DNA of 64,000 bases from a virus (IMGVR_UViG_3300015214_000034:4313-68312), one strand, 5' to 3'. Shown: positions 18,314 through 28,367, counted from the first letter of the stretch. Notes: generated by a model from the sequence alone, not told the origin. Program-made: numbers and translations.

Positions 18314-19020
18314 GGGGCCGCCACCGTCTGGCCCATGAGGTCGAATTGATCCTCGGCGGCGCGCTTGATCGTGACCGTTCCCCCGATGGGAACAACGAGC
18401 GTCCCGCTGTTCGGCGCATTGATGACCACCCCGGAGCCGGCCGCGATGGTCAGGTCGGCCGCGCCCTGATTTCGGACATGCCATTCGCCGTTCTCGGGCT
18501 GCGCGGTCGTCGACTCCGGCTGGATGGTCAGCGTCTTGGCCCCGGCGTTCGTCCAACGCTGATATTTGCCGGCATTGGCCGGGTCCAGATCAGCGTCCGT
18601 CGTCGTTTCGGTGACGACCTCCGATGGCCCCCCGGCCCCGCCGCCGCCCAGATCAGCGGTGACGGCGCGCCGGCTGACCCACTTGGCAATGGTCACGCTG
18701 TCGCCAGCAGCCTCGTCCACGATAACATCGCCATCGGTGCCGCCAATGGTCATCTTGCCGGCTGTCAGCGCCGTGACGACGCCGACGACCAGATTGTTCG
18801 CGAGATCGCCGGTAAAGCCGGTGACGCCCACCCGGTCGCCCTCGGCGAACCCGGCCGCGACGAAGCCGTTGGCGCTGTCGTTGAAGCTGTTGTCAGCGGC
18901 AGCGGCGCTGATCGTCGCCGCCGTGATCGTGACGCTTCCCGAAAGCTGCGATACCTCGACAAGTTCGACGCCGGTTAGCGCGTCGGCCGATGCCAGATCA
19001 GTGATGCGCGTGCCCGCCAT
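18310..19020 (-). CDS. Tail fibre-associated protein
   Basis: GTRITDL N-terminus; C-terminal domain similar to 39312-39725. Confidence 0.6.
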   Translation of the reverse strand: MAGTRITDLASADALTGVELVEVSQLSGSVTITAATISAAAADNSFNDSANGFVAAGFAEGDRVGVTGFTGDLANNLVVGVVTALTAGKMTIGGTDGDVIVDEAAGDSVTIAKWVSRRAVTADLGGGGAGGPSEVVTETTTDADLDPANAGKYQRWTNAGAKTLTIQPESTTAQPENGEWHVRNQGAADLTIAAGSGVVINAPNSGTLVVPIGGTVTIKRAAEDQFDLMGQTVAAP

Positions 19021-19021
19021 C

Positions 19022-21586
19022 TTAGTCCTCCGTGATCCTGATGTTGCCGTCCTCGTCCACGCGATAGTCCTCGCTTTCCTCGATAAGTCGAAGCGAGCCG
19101 GACCCGGTGTAGGGGAACTCGTGGTTGGCCGCCTGCATCGAATACAGATCGTCGCGCTTCGAATGGACCTCGATCCTCACAAGGCCGTCGCCTGGCGGGG
19201 TGATCGCCGTCGTGGTGCCGGCAATATCATCTTCTTCGTCCGCCAGCACGTCGTCGATATAGACGCGGACCCGATAAGTCGTCCCGGCCTCGGGGCCGAT
19301 GTCGCCGTCGAAATGGTCGGACAGTTCGCCGCTGGTTTGCTGCTTGCGGTCGCGGTGCGCCCAAGCGACGGTCAGTTCGCCCTCGTAGAAGGTATCGACG
19401 TAGCTGTCGCCGTTGATGGTCAGATTTCCGGGCGGATAGGGGCGGTAGGCCCGCTGATCGAGCGTGACCGAATGCTCCAGCGCGTCGGCGAGCGCGACCT
19501 GTCCGGCTCCCGAAATTGGCGTCACCCGGACATCGACCGTCTCGCCGCTGGCATATTCGGTCGGGTCCACGCCCGAGAACAAATCCCAGAAATAGGCGCG
19601 GTCGCCGGCCGTGTGGGCCTGCGGCACGGTGTCCAGAACGCCCCGGCCGAACGTGATGTCGCCGGTTGCCACATCGACCGAATCGATGCGGAGCAGTTCG
19701 TCGCCGATCTGGAAGAATGACCCCAACTCGACCAGATCAAGGTCGCTGGCGTTCTCCAGCGTCGCCGACCCGGTGGTCTTGTCCAGATCAGCCGCCAGCG
19801 TGCCGCTCGGCGCGAAGTCCATCGTATCGGATTCAGCATAGCCGCCGCCCGCGTCCGTCCACAGCTTGGCGTTGATGGCGTTCTCCGGCCGAGCCGAGGC
19901 CGCCATGACATAGCCTTGCAGCGGGTTGGTGGTGAGATCGCTGTCCGTGTTCGACTGGCCGTTGATCTGGGTCAGTTCATAATACGGGGCCTCGAAAGCG
20001 ATGTCGTTCTCGGTCGGCGACGGCGGCTGTGACGGGTTGCTCCAGCCATCGCCCGGGGGCGCGATGATGGCGATCGAGGGCGTTGCGAACACGTCCTCGA
20101 CGCATGTCAGCCGAACCTCGGTGCTCTTGCCGTCCGATTGGGCATAGCCGGTAACGCGCATGATCACGCCGCTGATCCGCCATTTCGCCCAATTCAGGAT
20201 GAAGGTGTCGCCGATGTCCAAGTCGCGGCCGATTTCGCCGGTATAGACCGTGCACGACAGGAAGGGGTTGGACAGCGCCCGGAGATCTCGCGCGGCGGCG
20301 CGCGTCGCGGTGCCGCTGTGCGTGAAGCCCGGATAGGACAGGGTGGTGTTGATGACACCGCCCTGCATCTGGACGCCGGCCGGGTCTTGCACCGTCACCG
20401 AGTCATCGCGGCCGGTGTCGCCGTTCCAGAAGGTGACGCTGACCGAGTTGATCAGTTCGCCGAACGCCGGCCGGCTTGGCGACGAGATCTTGCTGATGTT
20501 GCTCTCATCGAGCACGAGCAGATCGCCGGGGTCATAGTCGTCGCGGATCAACTTGAGGACGAACTTGCCGGTCTTGCGGGACACGAACAGCGCGGCGTCG
20601 ATGTGCCGCACGATTTCGTTGATGAACTCCTCGATCTTCGCCTGCTTGTCCCACAGCATCGACATGCCCAGACCCTCGGAGAACAGGGTGTCGGCGGCGG
20701 CCTCGAACGATGGGGCGTCGATATCGGCGTCGGTGTAGCCCATCCCCCAATCCGGGTCGGTCAGGCACTCGCGCAGCATGTGGACCGGGTTCATGTCCAG
20801 TCGGCCGGCGAACTTGACGGTCAGCGCGCCAGTGACGCCCGACAGTTCGTTGATCGTGTTCTTGACCTGAATAAGCAGCGTCTGGCCGGCCGGCAGCGTG
20901 TAGAGCACGGTCCCGCCAGCATAGGTCGGTGCAGCCGTCGAGCCTTGCTGGACGCCATTGAACACGAAGAAATCGTCCGGGCGGCACGAGCCGGAACCGT
21001 CGGCATTGCCGGCGATGACTTGGCAATCGCTGGTATAGGGGCCGATGGTGATGCTGTTCGGATAGAGGCTCGGCGGGACCGGGTAATTAGGGTCAACGCC
21101 CTGCGTCAGCACCGGGAAATAGGAGGCCAGATCGAACGACGCGAAGGGGCTGGCCGGGATCGCGGCTTTCGTGTCGCGCCATTGCGCGATGCCCTCCTGT
21201 CGGACGTGGATGCGCTGGCCGCGCGCCTTGATCGGTTTCAGGTAGGGGTTGTTGCCCCAATAGAAGTCCTTGAAGATCATGGCGGCGACGCCGCGATACG
21301 CCGGGATATTCGGGCCGATCTTCGACAGCAGATAGGAGTTCTTCGTCTGGGCGATCCCGCCCATCGCTACGTCCACAGCGCCAGAGACGCCGCCCTCGCG
21401 GCTTTCCCCGCCGAACAGGCTCTCGGCCGAGACATTGATCGTCCCGCCCGTCGCCGTGCCCTGCCAGGCCAGCCGGTCGTCCACCCTGATCTGCGAGAAG
21501 TTGTCGATGGGTCCGTGACAATAGACCCAATGCATGCCGACATAATACTTGTAGCCGACCGTGACCTTTTTGCTCTTACCGCCCAC
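19022..21586 (-). CDS. Central tail tip/host-specificity protein
   Basis: MGGKSKKVTVGYKY..CHGPID; MNPVHMLRECLTDPDWGMG; ELLRIDSV...RGVLDTVPQAH. Confidence 0.85.
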   Translation of the reverse strand: MGGKSKKVTVGYKYYVGMHWVYCHGPIDNFSQIRVDDRLAWQGTATGGTINVSAESLFGGESREGGVSGAVDVAMGGIAQTKNSYLLSKIGPNIPAYRGVAAMIFKDFYWGNNPYLKPIKARGQRIHVRQEGIAQWRDTKAAIPASPFASFDLASYFPVLTQGVDPNYPVPPSLYPNSITIGPYTSDCQVIAGNADGSGSCRPDDFFVFNGVQQGSTAAPTYAGGTVLYTLPAGQTLLIQVKNTINELSGVTGALTVKFAGRLDMNPVHMLRECLTDPDWGMGYTDADIDAPSFEAAADTLFSEGLGMSMLWDKQAKIEEFINEIVRHIDAALFVSRKTGKFVLKLIRDDYDPGDLLVLDESNISKISSPSRPAFGELINSVSVTFWNGDTGRDDSVTVQDPAGVQMQGGVINTTLSYPGFTHSGTATRAAARDLRALSNPFLSCTVYTGEIGRDLDIGDTFILNWAKWRISGVIMRVTGYAQSDGKSTEVRLTCVEDVFATPSIAIIAPPGDGWSNPSQPPSPTENDIAFEAPYYELTQINGQSNTDSDLTTNPLQGYVMAASARPENAINAKLWTDAGGGYAESDTMDFAPSGTLAADLDKTTGSATLENASDLDLVELGSFFQIGDELLRIDSVDVATGDITFGRGVLDTVPQAHTAGDRAYFWDLFSGVDPTEYASGETVDVRVTPISGAGQVALADALEHSVTLDQRAYRPYPPGNLTINGDSYVDTFYEGELTVAWAHRDRKQQTSGELSDHFDGDIGPEAGTTYRVRVYIDDVLADEEDDIAGTTTAITPPGDGLVRIEVHSKRDDLYSMQAANHEFPYTGSGSLRLIEESEDYRVDEDGNIRITED

Positions 21587-21764
21587 GCGCGACCTCGCAG
21601 ACCCGGCGTGCCATGGCGTCGCCGGTCGCCTCCAGCTTTTCGGCCGGAATGCCGTTGGTCAGGAAGTCGTCGAAATCGAGGCCGTGCCGGCGAAAGAAAT
21701 CCCGGGTGCCGCGCGAGCACATTTTGGCCCGCCTGATGTCGCGCATGGTGACGATCACGCTCAC
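21576..21764 (-). CDS. Small tail assembly protein
   Basis: CSRG.R.FF.RHGLD..F...GI.A..L.ATGD.MA conserved pattern; GTG start. Confidence 0.75.
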   Translation of the reverse strand: MSVIVTMRDIRRAKMCSRGTRDFFRRHGLDFDDFLTNGIPAEKLEATGDAMARRVCEVARGR

Positions 21765-21988
21765 TTTTTGCCGCCCTTCTTCTTGATCGGCACGGTGCGG
21801 ACAGCGCCCCACCACGTCGAATTGGGGCCGCTTAGATCGCGGGTGCCGAACAGGACCGGGATCTCGCGCCCGACCTCGGCTGTCGGGGCTGTGACATCGC
21901 TCATCGTCGTCGGGGCCTGCACCTGCGGCCGGGGCATGACGAAGGCGATCACCAGCGAGACGACAAAGACAGCGATCAGCCAGAACAC
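21761..21988 (-). CDS. Small tail assembly protein
   Basis: PTAEVGREIPVLFGT...PN..WWG...PIKKKGGK. Confidence 0.8.
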   Translation of the reverse strand: MFWLIAVFVVSLVIAFVMPRPQVQAPTTMSDVTAPTAEVGREIPVLFGTRDLSGPNSTWWGAVRTVPIKKKGGKK

Positions 21989-22000
21989 GGCGGCTTCCCC

Positions 22001-22783
22001 CTAGACGATTGACGAACCCCCCATCGGGTTCTTCGTCGGTATGTAATCGAATCCGCCGTAATTGTCGTCATTGCTGAACTTGTCGCGGCACGTCGCGTAG
22101 CTGTGGTCGCAGCCGGGGTAGAGCGTGATCTCCAGCCCGGGGCCTTCATCGGCGAATGCCGTCGCCAACGCCGACGAGATCCTGTTCATCGTCAAGGCGC
22201 TAGAGACGTGGTTGGTGATGTAGGACAGCGTGCCGTCCGGGGCCTCCAGCATCCCCCCGGTGAAATAGCCGTCGGCCAGCGCGTCGGCGGCCGGGCAAAC
22301 GACGGTCAGCCCGGAAATGCCGGTCACGGTTCCCGGCACCGCGAAATCGGCGTGATTGAGATAGCAGCCCCGGCCATAGAGCGGGTGCCGGCAGCTTTTC
22401 AGAAATCGGGCGCGCAGCCCGGGGCGGCGCATCGACGTGAAGATGCTCTCGAACACCATGCGGATACTGGCGTCCTCGGGCACGACATTGGCGAGCCGGC
22501 CTTTCCAGATCACGTCGGTGCCGCTGGTCCGCTTCGCGAAGATGGTCAGCGACGTGATCGATTCGGCCCATCGGCCGAGCAAGGCGATGGCGAGCGCGTG
22601 ATCGAGTGACAGGCGAACGTCCAGATTGGCCTTCGAAAGTTCGTTCTTCGTCTGGATTCCGGCGCGGCCGATGGTGGCCGGCTCGTAGGTTTCGCTGTTG
22701 TAGGTCTGCGCCTTGGCCGCGCTGGTCAGATTATAGACCACGCCATCGGAGACGATTTTGAACAGTTCGATGGTGCGGCTCAT
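22001..22783 (-). CDS. DUF2163/BR0599-like tail hub protein
   Basis: C.H.LY..GC; YPGCDH...C..KF.N..NYGGF.YIP..NP. Confidence 0.88.
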   Translation of the reverse strand: MSRTIELFKIVSDGVVYNLTSAAKAQTYNSETYEPATIGRAGIQTKNELSKANLDVRLSLDHALAIALLGRWAESITSLTIFAKRTSGTDVIWKGRLANVVPEDASIRMVFESIFTSMRRPGLRARFLKSCRHPLYGRGCYLNHADFAVPGTVTGISGLTVVCPAADALADGYFTGGMLEAPDGTLSYITNHVSSALTMNRISSALATAFADEGPGLEITLYPGCDHSYATCRDKFSNDDNYGGFDYIPTKNPMGGSSIV

Positions 22784-24294
22784 GGCTGGATCTCCACGGT
22801 GGGAACCGAGCAGGCGAAGACGTTGGCGCTGGAGCAGCGCTTGACGAAGAAAGACCCGGTGACGCCGCTCTCCGGGTCGTCGGTGTTCTCGATGGTCACG
22901 TCAACCGTCTCGCCTTGCGGGATGGTATAGAGGATCGTGCCGGCCGGCCAACTTGTCGCCTTCACGGTGCCGAACTTGACCCCGTTGAAATAGAAGAAGT
23001 CGTCGGCCCGGCAGAACCCGGTGCCATCTGGGTCGCCCGCGATCAGTTGCGCCTCGCCGTCATAGGGGCCGAGCGTCAGCGTGTAGGGATAAAACTCACC
23101 CGGGGCCGGGTAATCAAGATCGACGCCCTCTGTCAGGACCGGGAAATATGCCTCCAGATCGAACGCCGACGAATCGACCTCGGCCGTGCCGGTCCCGACG
23201 TGCTGGATTTCGGCGCGGTCGGCGTCCAGCCGGCGCAAGCCGAGAAAGCAGATGCGCTTGATCGTCGAGGCGTTGATGCCGCCGAGCGTCGGCGTCAACA
23301 CGATCTGGAGCTCATCGGCCCCGAGCAGGATCGTGCTGCTGATCGCGCGGGCGAGCCACGTCCCGTCTTTCTGCTGAATCGCGATATGGGTGCGGTCGCC
23401 GGCATAGGTCTGGTAGCCGTCGGGATAGACGCTGATCGCGGTCGTCAGAGCGCCGCTGTCGTTCAGGCGAAGGTCCGCCTCGAACGTCGGTTGCCAGAAC
23501 GGCACAGATCGGCCGGCGCGACGGTGCAGGAACTCGCGCATCGCCCATGCCTCGACCGGGCCTTGCGCCATCATTTTGTGGATGCGGCTCGGCCGGTTGA
23601 ACGTCCACGGTGCCAGATAGGACACCAGCCCGAGGCTTTCGTCGTGCACATAGACCTCGGCCTCGATTTCCTCGGCCGACGATCCGCCGTCCAGCAGCCC
23701 GGGGTCGGTGTAGAGATCGAAACCGAGATATTGCGCCGGGGCCTCCGGCTCCAAGGCGCTGTAATCGTCGCAGAGATACGACATTTCGAGGACGGACTTG
23801 CGGCCATCGAAGCTGCGCTTGGGGTTGCCGATCAGCCGGCCGACGCGCAGCGGCATCAGCCAGGCGTCGGTGAAAGCCTCGGTGGCGTCCACGATGTCGA
23901 TGGTCGTCTCCGAAGCCACGGTGTCGATCTCGATGACCTGATATTTCGTCGGCGACTCCCACAGCAGGAGGCTCCCGCCGTCGTAGAACTCCGAATAGTT
24001 GGTGTTGCAGATCAGCGTGGTTAGCGCGGCCTCGATCGCCCCGACATTCTGCGCCTGCGGCCAGACCGGCACCCACCATTTCAGGGTGCGTGAGCCATAG
24101 ACGATGTTGTTGATCAGCGGTTGCAGCGCCGGGGGCACATAATAGGAGCAGGCGAACGTCTGGCGCGGGGCCGCGCGCAGTTCGACGCGATCCTCTGTCC
24201 CGTCCTCATAGGTCTGGACATCGGTCAACCACTCCAGCGTCTCGGTGACGCCCCGGCGCGGCCACAGCGGCATCAGGACAGGCTCGGTCGGCAT
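22780..24294 (-). CDS. Distal tail/tail assembly protein with inserted C-terminal domain
   Basis: TETLEWLTDVQ..DGTE.R..LR.APRQ; follows tape measure gene. Confidence 0.75.
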   Translation of the reverse strand: MPTEPVLMPLWPRRGVTETLEWLTDVQTYEDGTEDRVELRAAPRQTFACSYYVPPALQPLINNIVYGSRTLKWWVPVWPQAQNVGAIEAALTTLICNTNYSEFYDGGSLLLWESPTKYQVIEIDTVASETTIDIVDATEAFTDAWLMPLRVGRLIGNPKRSFDGRKSVLEMSYLCDDYSALEPEAPAQYLGFDLYTDPGLLDGGSSAEEIEAEVYVHDESLGLVSYLAPWTFNRPSRIHKMMAQGPVEAWAMREFLHRRAGRSVPFWQPTFEADLRLNDSGALTTAISVYPDGYQTYAGDRTHIAIQQKDGTWLARAISSTILLGADELQIVLTPTLGGINASTIKRICFLGLRRLDADRAEIQHVGTGTAEVDSSAFDLEAYFPVLTEGVDLDYPAPGEFYPYTLTLGPYDGEAQLIAGDPDGTGFCRADDFFYFNGVKFGTVKATSWPAGTILYTIPQGETVDVTIENTDDPESGVTGSFFVKRCSSANVFACSVPTVEIQP

Positions 24295-27200
24295 CAGCTA
24301 TTCGCGGCCTGCCGGATGATTTCCGGGTTGTTGTTGACCATGTTCACGAACACCTGCTCGCCCTCCGGCGTCGCGAAGAAATCGCGCACCATCGCCGGGT
24401 CGGTGACGTTGATCTGGCGGATATTGACCTGCGGAGCCGGGTTCGGCTGGACAACGACTTGCTGGCCCATAGCCGCCGCACCGGCCGCCGCCGATGCCGC
24501 GCCCGCCTGCCTGATCTGCTGGCCGCTGTTGATGGCCTCCAGCAGCGGGCGATTGTTCGCCGTCGCCTGCGCGTTGACGACGAACTCGCCGTCGGACAGG
24601 CGCGCGGGGATGCTGTCCGTGCGCGAGCCGCCCGGGCCGCTGACAAAGCCGCCGTCCTTGAACGCCAGCGTCACCGCCCTGATGTTCGCGACGATGCTGG
24701 CGGTCTGCGCCGCGACCGTGGCCATGGCGACCAGATTGGCCGGGAACGGCAGGGACGAAGCCTGCGCGATGCCGGTCTGGATCGCGACGATGGACCGGGC
24801 GATGGCGACCGCCTTTTCGGTCGCGAACGCGGCCTTGTAGATCGCGGACTGCTTGCCGAGGCTGTTCTCGGCGATGCTGACCAGCGACCCCATGATCTCC
24901 TGTTGTGCCGCCAGTTGGGTGTCCTTGCGGGCTTGGTCGATCTGGGCGAGCCGGTTCACATGCTCTTGCCGGGCCGCCTCCTCCAGCGCGTTGTAATCGA
25001 CGCCCATCTGGAGGAGTTGCTCGCGATAGTTCGAGAAATCCTCCAGTTGCTTCGCATAGCGCGCGTTCTCGTCGGCGACCTTGCCCACGTCCTCATAGGA
25101 CTGGCCGGTGCCAGGATCGACGCCGGGCAAGCCGCTGACCGTGCCAGCAGCCGACTGCGCCATTTCGGCGAGGCGGGCATTGTAGGCGGCTTGGCTGATT
25201 TCCCCCTTCGCGCGGAGGCTGTTCAGAACCTCCATCTGGCGCGCATAGGCTTCCATCGGCCCCCGGATCTGCTCAAGGAGTTGCTGTTCGCGCGAAAGCT
25301 GGTCGCCCTGTCTGATGCCGTTCTCGATCATCTGCGCCTCGACGGGCGTCAGTTCGCGACCGAGGCGCAGCGTCTCGTCCAGCTTGGCGTTCAGGATCTC
25401 GCGCTCGATCCCCGTCGTGCCCTGCAACTCCTTGAGGCGCTTGAGCGGCTGGACATAGGCGTCGTCGAACCGGCGCGCCGTCTCGCGGGCGTCGGCGTCG
25501 GTGAAAGCCCTGCGGATGGTCGCCTGCTCATCAGGCGTGGCCTCGCGATTGAAGCGCCGGGTAAACTCGGCCAGCGCCTCGTCGATCTGGGCGTTCAACT
25601 GCGTCTGACGATCAGCCGGCAGGCCTTGGCTGGCAGCGCGGGCCTGAATGGCCGACACGAAGTCCTCGGCGCGCTCCTGCACCTTGGCCTGCTGGCCTTC
25701 CTCTTGCTGATACTGCGCCTCGGTGCTGGCGTTCGTCGGCTTGCCGACGATGGTGCCCGGGGCCTCAAGGTGCATATGGTCGCGGTGCTGGTTCTGGCCG
25801 GCCGGGATGCGGCGCGTCGGGCCGGAGCCGTTCGCCTCATAGACCCACCCGTTCCAGAGGACGCGAAAGCCCCGGGACTGATAGCGGCGCGCGGCGGCGT
25901 CGAACTTGGCCCGGATATCGGGCACGTCGGCTTCGACGATCCCGGTGCCCTCGTTCACGTCGATGGCATATTTTCCGTGCGCGGTGTTCCCCATGCCGGG
26001 GTGGTTGCCGGAAACGCCGCCGAACTGTTCGTTCTGGCCGACGCGCAGGCCGGACTTCTGGAGTTCGCGGCCGGCGATGCCGATGGCCTGCTCGCGGGAC
26101 CGGAACGTCGCGACGCCGGCACCTTCGCGGGTGGCCTTCGCCAAGCGCTCCTGCGCTGCCGCCGCCTCAAGCGCAGCTTTGCGCTGCGCCTCGATCCGGG
26201 TCAGCGTCGTGTCCAGCGCCTTCGAAAGCTGCTCGTTGCCGAGCGCGGCCTGCACGGCATTGTCGTGCATGATGTCGTATTGCCGATTGATCTTCGCAAT
26301 CGGGTCCACGGCGGCCTTGGCCTGATCCTCTTGGATGGGCACGCGGGCGGCGCGCACGCCGCGCTCGGTCGCGGTGATGTCGCGATCCCGCTGCGCCAAC
26401 TGCTCCTTGAGGCCCTTCACCTTGTCCTCGGCCCGGCCGATGGCCAGCGTCAGCCCGAGGAAATAAGACTGGTCAGCACCAAACGGCGGCGGGTTGCGGA
26501 GCATGTCCTCCAGCTTGGCGACCTCGTTCTGTGCCGACGTGATCTGGTTGACGATGTTGCCGCGATCCCGGCGCATGTTGTTCAGCCGGCTCTCCGACTG
26601 GCGCAGGGCTTCCTGTTGCTGCTGGCGCTGGCTCTTGAGGCCCTTCTCCAGTTCAGCGTTCAATTCGCGCTGGAGCGCGATCTGGCCCTCCAACGTGCGG
26701 TTGAACGCCTCCTTGGCGCGCCGATTGAGTTCGGTTTCCTGCGCGTCCTTTTTCAGTTTGTCGATAGCATCGGCGAGGGCGTCATTGCCTTCGAACAGCT
26801 TGGCGACAAATGGACCGAGGATGATGGTCGCGACCGTGAAGGCGATACCCCAAGGACCAGCGAGGAACCCGGCAACCTTTCCGAGCCAACTGTTCGAGCC
26901 ACCGCCCATCAGCATCAGGGCCTGCGAAATCTGCCCGATCTGACTGCCGAAGATCTGCGCCGGCTTCGCGCCGAGGCTATACATCGTGGCCACGTCGCCA
27001 AGCTGGAAGCCGAGTTGCTGCATACCGATGCGCTGCGCGCCGGTCTTGGTGTTCAAGTCCTGCGTCGTCGCGGCGGTGAGTTTCTGGACCTGTGCGTAGC
27101 GTTCCTGACTGATCACGCCGGCATCGAGCAGGCGCTTTGCATCGGCCAGCAGGGCGTTCAGGCGGGCTTGCTCGGCGGCGTCCTGATCGACGGCGCGCAG

Positions 27201-27575
27201 CACGCGCATCAGCGCCGCCTCATATTGGGCGTTCTTGCCGGCCGCGTCGCCGGCCGCTTTGCCCCCCGCTGCCGTTTGGGTGCTGGCTTTCCCGGCCGAG
27301 GCCGCCATGCGATCAAGCGCCTGGCCGAGCGTCTCGTTCGAGCGGGTCAGCGTCGATTGACTGCCGGCGAGGCCCTTGATCGACGAATCGAGTTGCTCGA
27401 TGCGACTGACCAGCCCGCCAATGGTCTTGTCGAACTTGGCCTGATCGAAGGAGCGGTTGAGGGCGGTTTCGGTCGCGCGCGCTTCTTGCTGGACGCCCCG
27501 GAGGTCGGCCTTGACCTTGTTGGTGCCCGCCGCCGTCTGCGGGTCAACCTTCGCTACGATCCGATATTCCGCCAT
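24294..27575 (-). CDS. Tape measure protein
   Basis: 1093 aa, Ala/Gln-rich; MQQLGFQLGDV motif; C-terminal FKDGGFVSGPGG..DSIPA.LS.GEFVVN. Confidence 0.92.
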   Translation of the reverse strand: MAEYRIVAKVDPQTAAGTNKVKADLRGVQQEARATETALNRSFDQAKFDKTIGGLVSRIEQLDSSIKGLAGSQSTLTRSNETLGQALDRMAASAGKASTQTAAGGKAAGDAAGKNAQYEAALMRVLRAVDQDAAEQARLNALLADAKRLLDAGVISQERYAQVQKLTAATTQDLNTKTGAQRIGMQQLGFQLGDVATMYSLGAKPAQIFGSQIGQISQALMLMGGGSNSWLGKVAGFLAGPWGIAFTVATIILGPFVAKLFEGNDALADAIDKLKKDAQETELNRRAKEAFNRTLEGQIALQRELNAELEKGLKSQRQQQQEALRQSESRLNNMRRDRGNIVNQITSAQNEVAKLEDMLRNPPPFGADQSYFLGLTLAIGRAEDKVKGLKEQLAQRDRDITATERGVRAARVPIQEDQAKAAVDPIAKINRQYDIMHDNAVQAALGNEQLSKALDTTLTRIEAQRKAALEAAAAQERLAKATREGAGVATFRSREQAIGIAGRELQKSGLRVGQNEQFGGVSGNHPGMGNTAHGKYAIDVNEGTGIVEADVPDIRAKFDAAARRYQSRGFRVLWNGWVYEANGSGPTRRIPAGQNQHRDHMHLEAPGTIVGKPTNASTEAQYQQEEGQQAKVQERAEDFVSAIQARAASQGLPADRQTQLNAQIDEALAEFTRRFNREATPDEQATIRRAFTDADARETARRFDDAYVQPLKRLKELQGTTGIEREILNAKLDETLRLGRELTPVEAQMIENGIRQGDQLSREQQLLEQIRGPMEAYARQMEVLNSLRAKGEISQAAYNARLAEMAQSAAGTVSGLPGVDPGTGQSYEDVGKVADENARYAKQLEDFSNYREQLLQMGVDYNALEEAARQEHVNRLAQIDQARKDTQLAAQQEIMGSLVSIAENSLGKQSAIYKAAFATEKAVAIARSIVAIQTGIAQASSLPFPANLVAMATVAAQTASIVANIRAVTLAFKDGGFVSGPGGSRTDSIPARLSDGEFVVNAQATANNRPLLEAINSGQQIRQAGAASAAAGAAAMGQQVVVQPNPAPQVNIRQINVTDPAMVRDFFATPEGEQVFVNMVNNNPEIIRQAANS

Positions 27576-27909
27576 CCCCGAGGTTCCGCTTCACGTTCTC
27601 GATCTGCCAGCGGCGCTCGGCTTGGTCCATCTTCCTGATTACCGCCCACAGCGCATCGGCCACGTCGGGCGCGAGGCCCTTGCGATCAGCATATGCCATA
27701 GCCTTGTCCCAAGGGATAGGACCATCAGGCGGACGGCACGTCGCGAGATCGCGGAACGCGGTGTAGAACAGATCAGCGAGCGGTGGCTCGGGTGGCTCGT
27801 TTAGATACCAGTCGGGGAGGCGTCGGCCTTTCTTTTTGGCCGACGCAACCGAAAACCCGTCTCGTTCTAGTCGGAGGACCCATCGGAACCGCTCGACGTG
27901 GAGTTTCCC
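27544..27909 (-). CDS. Tail assembly chaperone, -1 frameshift extension (gpT-like)
   Basis: ORF entered through GGGAAAC; PIPW..A.AYA..G pattern; directly upstream of tape measure. Confidence 0.75.
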   Translation of the reverse strand, partial: GKLHVERFRWVLRLERDGFSVASAKKKGRRLPDWYLNEPPEPPLADLFYTAFRDLATCRPPDGPIPWDKAMAYADRKGLAPDVADALWAVIRKMDQAERRWQIENVKRNLGDGGISDRSEG

Positions 27910-28367
27910 AACGTGTCCGCCCACCCGGGCTTCGCAGCGTTGCGATCCACGAAATTATAGGGGTTTGCGACCCATCCCCGCACCGGGTCCAGCATGTAGT
28001 TCGGGATCGCGCGCAGGAAATCGAGGACGTTCTGTTCGCTGAACTCGACCTCCTTGCCATCGACATCGCGCGGCGCGGTGCCCCACCGGACGGCGCACGT
28101 CTTGGCCATCAGCAGGCGGTCCAGTTCGCGGTCCTCCTCCAGCCGGTCAGACGACAGCACCTTGGCGCGGCGCTGTTTCTTCGTCTCCTTTTCGGCGGCC
28201 TCGGCGCGTTCAACGGCCAGGCGGACGCGCTCATTGAGATATTTCGGGTTCGAGTCGGTCATCGGGTGGAACCAGATCGACGGCTCGCCCCAGATATCGT
28301 CGAAGACGTATTCCGCCTCGGACTGCTCGGTTACTTCCAGTTTTCGCAGGTGGGAAAAGTCAGGCAT
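27867..28367 (-). CDS. Tail assembly chaperone (gpG-like)
   Basis: Between major tail gene and tape measure; slippery site near the 3' end. Confidence 0.8.
   Translation of the reverse strand: MPDFSHLRKLEVTEQSEAEYVFDDIWGEPSIWFHPMTDSNPKYLNERVRLAVERAEAAEKETKKQRRAKVLSSDRLEEDRELDRLLMAKTCAVRWGTAPRDVDGKEVEFSEQNVLDFLRAIPNYMLDPVRGWVANPYNFVDRNAAKPGWADTLGNSTSSGSDGSSD
27903..27909 (-). other. -1 programmed frameshift slippery site G GGA AAC
   Basis: XXXYYYZ heptamer joining ...DTLGN to GKLHVER... Confidence 0.8.

Noticed and set aside
20813-23163. Diversity-generating retroelement TR/VR pair
   Set aside because: No reverse transcriptase in the window, both copies are coding, and differences are not adenine-specific
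24459-27638. Very long plus-strand ORFs opposite structural genes (also 28516-30165, 33177-35144, 40495-42006 and others)
   Set aside because: Antisense shadows expected from high-GC codon bias; no motifs or RBS
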